This document shows, in pieces, positions 34,502 through 37,178 of a stretch of 37,178 nucleotides of DNA (position 1 is the first letter of the stretch; every line of letters starts with the position of its first letter). The translations under genes were made by a program, and so were the position numbers. Origin of the DNA: a virus. Lineage: Duplodnaviria; Caudoviricetes. The notes beneath the pieces were generated by a model. It was not told where the DNA came from. It saw nothing but the letters and a program-made list of their open reading frames with translations, and ran no database searches. The DNA is taken from positions 1 through 37,178 of the IMG/VR virus record IMGVR_UViG_3300035182_000512; one strand, given 5' to 3'.

Positions 34502-35553
34502 GTCATCTCACGCTAGACCAGGCCGCCGATGCGCTGGCCTGCATTCCGCCAGACGATCGCAGCGTGTGGGTTTCCATGGCGATGGCGCTCAAGCAGGAAT
34601 ATGGACAGGCGTCCTATGCCGTGTGGGATGCGTGGAGCGCCTGCGCGAAGTCCTATAACCGCAAGCATGCTCTGGCGGTCTGGAAGTCGATCAAGCGCGC
34701 CGGGCGCGTCACGATGGGCAGCTTGATTTTTGAGGCAAAGCAGCATGGCTTTGTGATGCCGCGCGAGGATTTGAGCGAGGAACAACGCCAGCAGCGCCAG
34801 CAGCAGGGCGAGGCACGCCGCGCGGTGATGCAGCGCCAGCTTGAGCAGGAGGAGGCGGATCGATCGCGCCGTGCGGCGCATGCGTCGATGCGCGCGTCCA
34901 GGCTGTGGCGGATGGGTTCGGATACGGGCGTCTCGCCCTATTTGGCGCGTAAATGCGTTGCGCCCGAGTCGGTCAAGTTTCTGCCGGATGGTACGCTGGT
35001 GGTGCCGATGATTCGCTATGATTTGCCGCGCGCCGCAGCTTTGGTCGGGGCGCAGTCTATTTTGCCGGATGGCTCCAAGCGCTTCACGCCGGGCACAGCC
35101 AAGCGCGGTTCCGCCTGCCGTCTCGGGCTGGTGGAAGTGGGCGCGCCGCTGCTGGTGTGCGAGGGGTATGCCACGGGCTGCTCGATCCGCATGGCACTGG
35201 ATGGACGATATCCGGTGTTCGTGGCGTTCGATGCGGGCAACCTGGTGCATGTGGTGGAGATCCTGCGCGGACTGTATCCATCCTGTCCGATTCTGATCTG
35301 CGCCGATGATGATTGGCGCACGCCAGGCAACCCTGGGCGCACGAAGGCGCGCGAGATTTCGCGCAAGGTGCCGTTTGTGCATATCATCGCGCCGGCATTC
35401 GGCGTGGATCGCGCCGATAAGGACACCGATTTCAACGATCTGCACTTGCGCAGCGGCCTGGCCGTTGTGGCGAGGCAGTTTTCCGCGCCGCTGGCTTATC
35501 TGCGGAATTTGAAGGTTAGAGTGGCCAAGGATGTTTCGCATGGCACTCGATAA
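34498..35553 (+). CDS. Primase (PriCT-2-like N-terminus plus TOPRIM domain)
   Basis: IPPDDRSVWVSMAMALK...WDAWS, SPYLARK, VCEGYATG, VAFDAGNL, ICADDD and TDFNDLH. Confidence 0.92.
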   Translation: MSHLTLDQAADALACIPPDDRSVWVSMAMALKQEYGQASYAVWDAWSACAKSYNRKHALAVWKSIKRAGRVTMGSLIFEAKQHGFVMPREDLSEEQRQQRQQQGEARRAVMQRQLEQEEADRSRRAAHASMRASRLWRMGSDTGVSPYLARKCVAPESVKFLPDGTLVVPMIRYDLPRAAALVGAQSILPDGSKRFTPGTAKRGSACRLGLVEVGAPLLVCEGYATGCSIRMALDGRYPVFVAFDAGNLVHVVEILRGLYPSCPILICADDDWRTPGNPGRTKAREISRKVPFVHIIAPAFGVDRADKDTDFNDLHLRSGLAVVARQFSAPLAYLRNLKVRVAKDVSHGTR

Positions 35554-36970
35554 TGTGATCACCATTATGGAATCTGAAACTCCCGCTCCCTCTGGTGAGG
35601 CGTCCGCACCCAACAAGGGGCGGGGGGGGCGAAAGCGGAAAGACGAAAAGCCGATCGATTGGGGCAGATTCAACGAGCTGGTGACCAATTTCGTGCTGAT
35701 ATACGGCACGGATACCTGCTATGACCTGCGATCACGCATGCTGCTCAAGGTGAATCACCTGCGACTGGCGTTCGGTAGCGATTATGTGAAGATGTGGCTG
35801 GGGTCGGATCAGCGACGCATGATCCTTCCAGATCAATTGGTGTTCGATCCTTCAGACAAGGTGGAGGAGCCATGCATCAATCTGTTCGATGGCTTCGCCA
35901 TGCAGCCGAAGGCGGGTGATTTCGAGCCGATCATGGAACTGCTGTACCACCTTTGCGCGGAGAGCGCGGACACGCCGGATGGCGTTTCGAGAGTGGTGGT
36001 ATGGTGCCTGAAATGGCTGGCGCTCCCGCTTCAGAAGCAGGGCACCAAGATGCGTTCGGCGCTGGTGTTTCATGGGCCACAGGGCGCCGGCAAGAATCTG
36101 TTTTTCGAGATGGTGGCTTCGATTTACGGGCGTTATGCGTCAGTGATCGGCCAGGATCAGCTCGAAGACAAGTTCAACGATTGGGCCAGCCAGAAGATGT
36201 TCCTGATCGGCGATGAGGTGGTGGCGCGGCAGGAGCTTTTTCATCACAAGAACAAGCTCAAGGCGTTCATCACCGGAGAGACGATTCAGATCAATACCAA
36301 GATGATGCCGCTGCGCCAGGAGCGCAATTTCGTCAACGTGGTGTTTTTGTCCAATGAGGACAAGCCGTTGGCGCTGGAAGATGGCGACCGGCGATATTTC
36401 GTGATTTATACGCCGCCCAGGCGAGACGATGACCTGTATTCTCGCGTGGCGGAATGTATCGCTTCCGGCGGTGTTGAGGCTTTCTATCATTACCTGCTCT
36501 CACTCGATCTTTCCGGGTTCTCGAATTTCGAGATTCCACCAATGACGCAGGCCAAGCACAACCTGATCATGCTGTGCCTTAAACCGGAGGATAGGTTCAT
36601 CCGCGAATGGCTGACAGGCGTTCTCCCGCTCCCTCTGCAGGTCTGTAGCGCGAGCCAGCTTTACAGAGCTTTCAAGCGATGGTGCCAGGCGACAGGCGAG
36701 CGGTTTTTCCCGGCTCAGGAACAGTTCACCAGGAGCGCGAAGCGCATGGTCGAATCCATGTCTCGCAAGCAGGGAATACCCGTTGCGATAACTTATAAAG
36801 TCGTGAAGCTGGTTGACCATGTAAACGGTCAGCGCGCGCAGCGCATGTGGATTCCTGATGGTTGCGGCGCGCCAGAAGGTTATACTGAAGGCGAGTGGGC
36901 GTGCTCAAGCGTTGCGCTGTTCGAAGAGGCGTTGAGCACGTTCATGGAACAGTCTGGAGTGGCGGCATGA
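35540..36970 (+). CDS. SF3-type replicative helicase / NTPase (primase partner)
   Basis: Walker A GPQGAGKN, Walker B LIGDEV, LKAFITG, FLSN and DRRY. Confidence 0.92.
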   Translation: MALDNVITIMESETPAPSGEASAPNKGRGGRKRKDEKPIDWGRFNELVTNFVLIYGTDTCYDLRSRMLLKVNHLRLAFGSDYVKMWLGSDQRRMILPDQLVFDPSDKVEEPCINLFDGFAMQPKAGDFEPIMELLYHLCAESADTPDGVSRVVVWCLKWLALPLQKQGTKMRSALVFHGPQGAGKNLFFEMVASIYGRYASVIGQDQLEDKFNDWASQKMFLIGDEVVARQELFHHKNKLKAFITGETIQINTKMMPLRQERNFVNVVFLSNEDKPLALEDGDRRYFVIYTPPRRDDDLYSRVAECIASGGVEAFYHYLLSLDLSGFSNFEIPPMTQAKHNLIMLCLKPEDRFIREWLTGVLPLPLQVCSASQLYRAFKRWCQATGERFFPAQEQFTRSAKRMVESMSRKQGIPVAITYKVVKLVDHVNGQRAQRMWIPDGCGAPEGYTEGEWACSSVALFEEALSTFMEQSGVAA

Positions 36971-36977
36971 GCGCGAA

Positions 36978-37178
36978 GTTACGCGGGTTACGCCTCGGTT
37001 ACGCCGCAGTTACGCCTGAGACCCGCGTGGTTACGTGGGTTACGCGGAAAAGCGGTGTTTTACTCTCCCATGCGTGCGCGTGCGCGCGTAGCATATTCCA
37101 TGCCACATACACATGTGCGCGCATTCGCAAAAGTGCGAATCGTCGTTTTCCGCGTAACCCACGTAACCACGCGGGTCT
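36978..37178. repeat. Putative replication origin: GTTACG iterons and a 33-bp perfect inverted repeat
   Basis: GTTACG at 36978, 36987, 36998, 37009, 37030 and 37039. 37019-37051 is the exact reverse complement of 37146-37178. The arms enclose an alternating purine-pyrimidine core. Confidence 0.8.

Noticed and set aside
30722-35709. Long opposite-strand ORFs 30722-31780 (+), 33593-34234 (-) and 34513-35709 (-)
   Set aside because: They lie antisense to coherent, translationally coupled operons and have no recognisable domains.
36978-37051. Possible CRISPR array or mini-array
   Set aside because: The repeats are 6-7 bp with 2-15 bp gaps, which does not fit repeat-spacer geometry, and there are no cas genes.

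Overview
This window is most of a lambda-like temperate siphophage genome, probably from a proteobacterial host (a betaproteobacterium is a guess). It appears to be in excised or circularly permuted form, because an intact attP (3' half of a tRNA-Ser gene flanked by integrase arm repeats) lies in the middle at ~27.0 kb. The order is: 5'-truncated C5 DNA methyltransferase and decayed accessory genes; gpA-type terminase; lambda-type head (gpW, portal, ClpP protease/scaffold, decoration, gpE capsid); neck and tail tube; a lysis cassette and a fibre/decoration module inserted before the tail chaperones (-1 frameshift); tape measure; a non-lambda tail tip; a GT2 glycosyltransferase; a leftward three-gene operon that looks like acr-acr-aca; attP, int, xis; leftward early/accessory genes; the cI/cro switch; CII-like and TraR-like genes; primase and SF3 helicase; and an iteron origin where the contig breaks. 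No terminase small subunit is visible, so it probably lies in the missing segment. The best leads are: (1) a candidate new anti-CRISPR/anti-defence operon, (2) a full integron attC site plus attC half-sites at accessory-gene junctions with no integron integrase, (3) a possible new single-protein spanin with an N-terminal membrane anchor and a C-terminal 4-strand beta anchor, and (4) a methyltransferase split over two overlapping reading frames. All product calls come from motif recognition and synteny; no searches were run.
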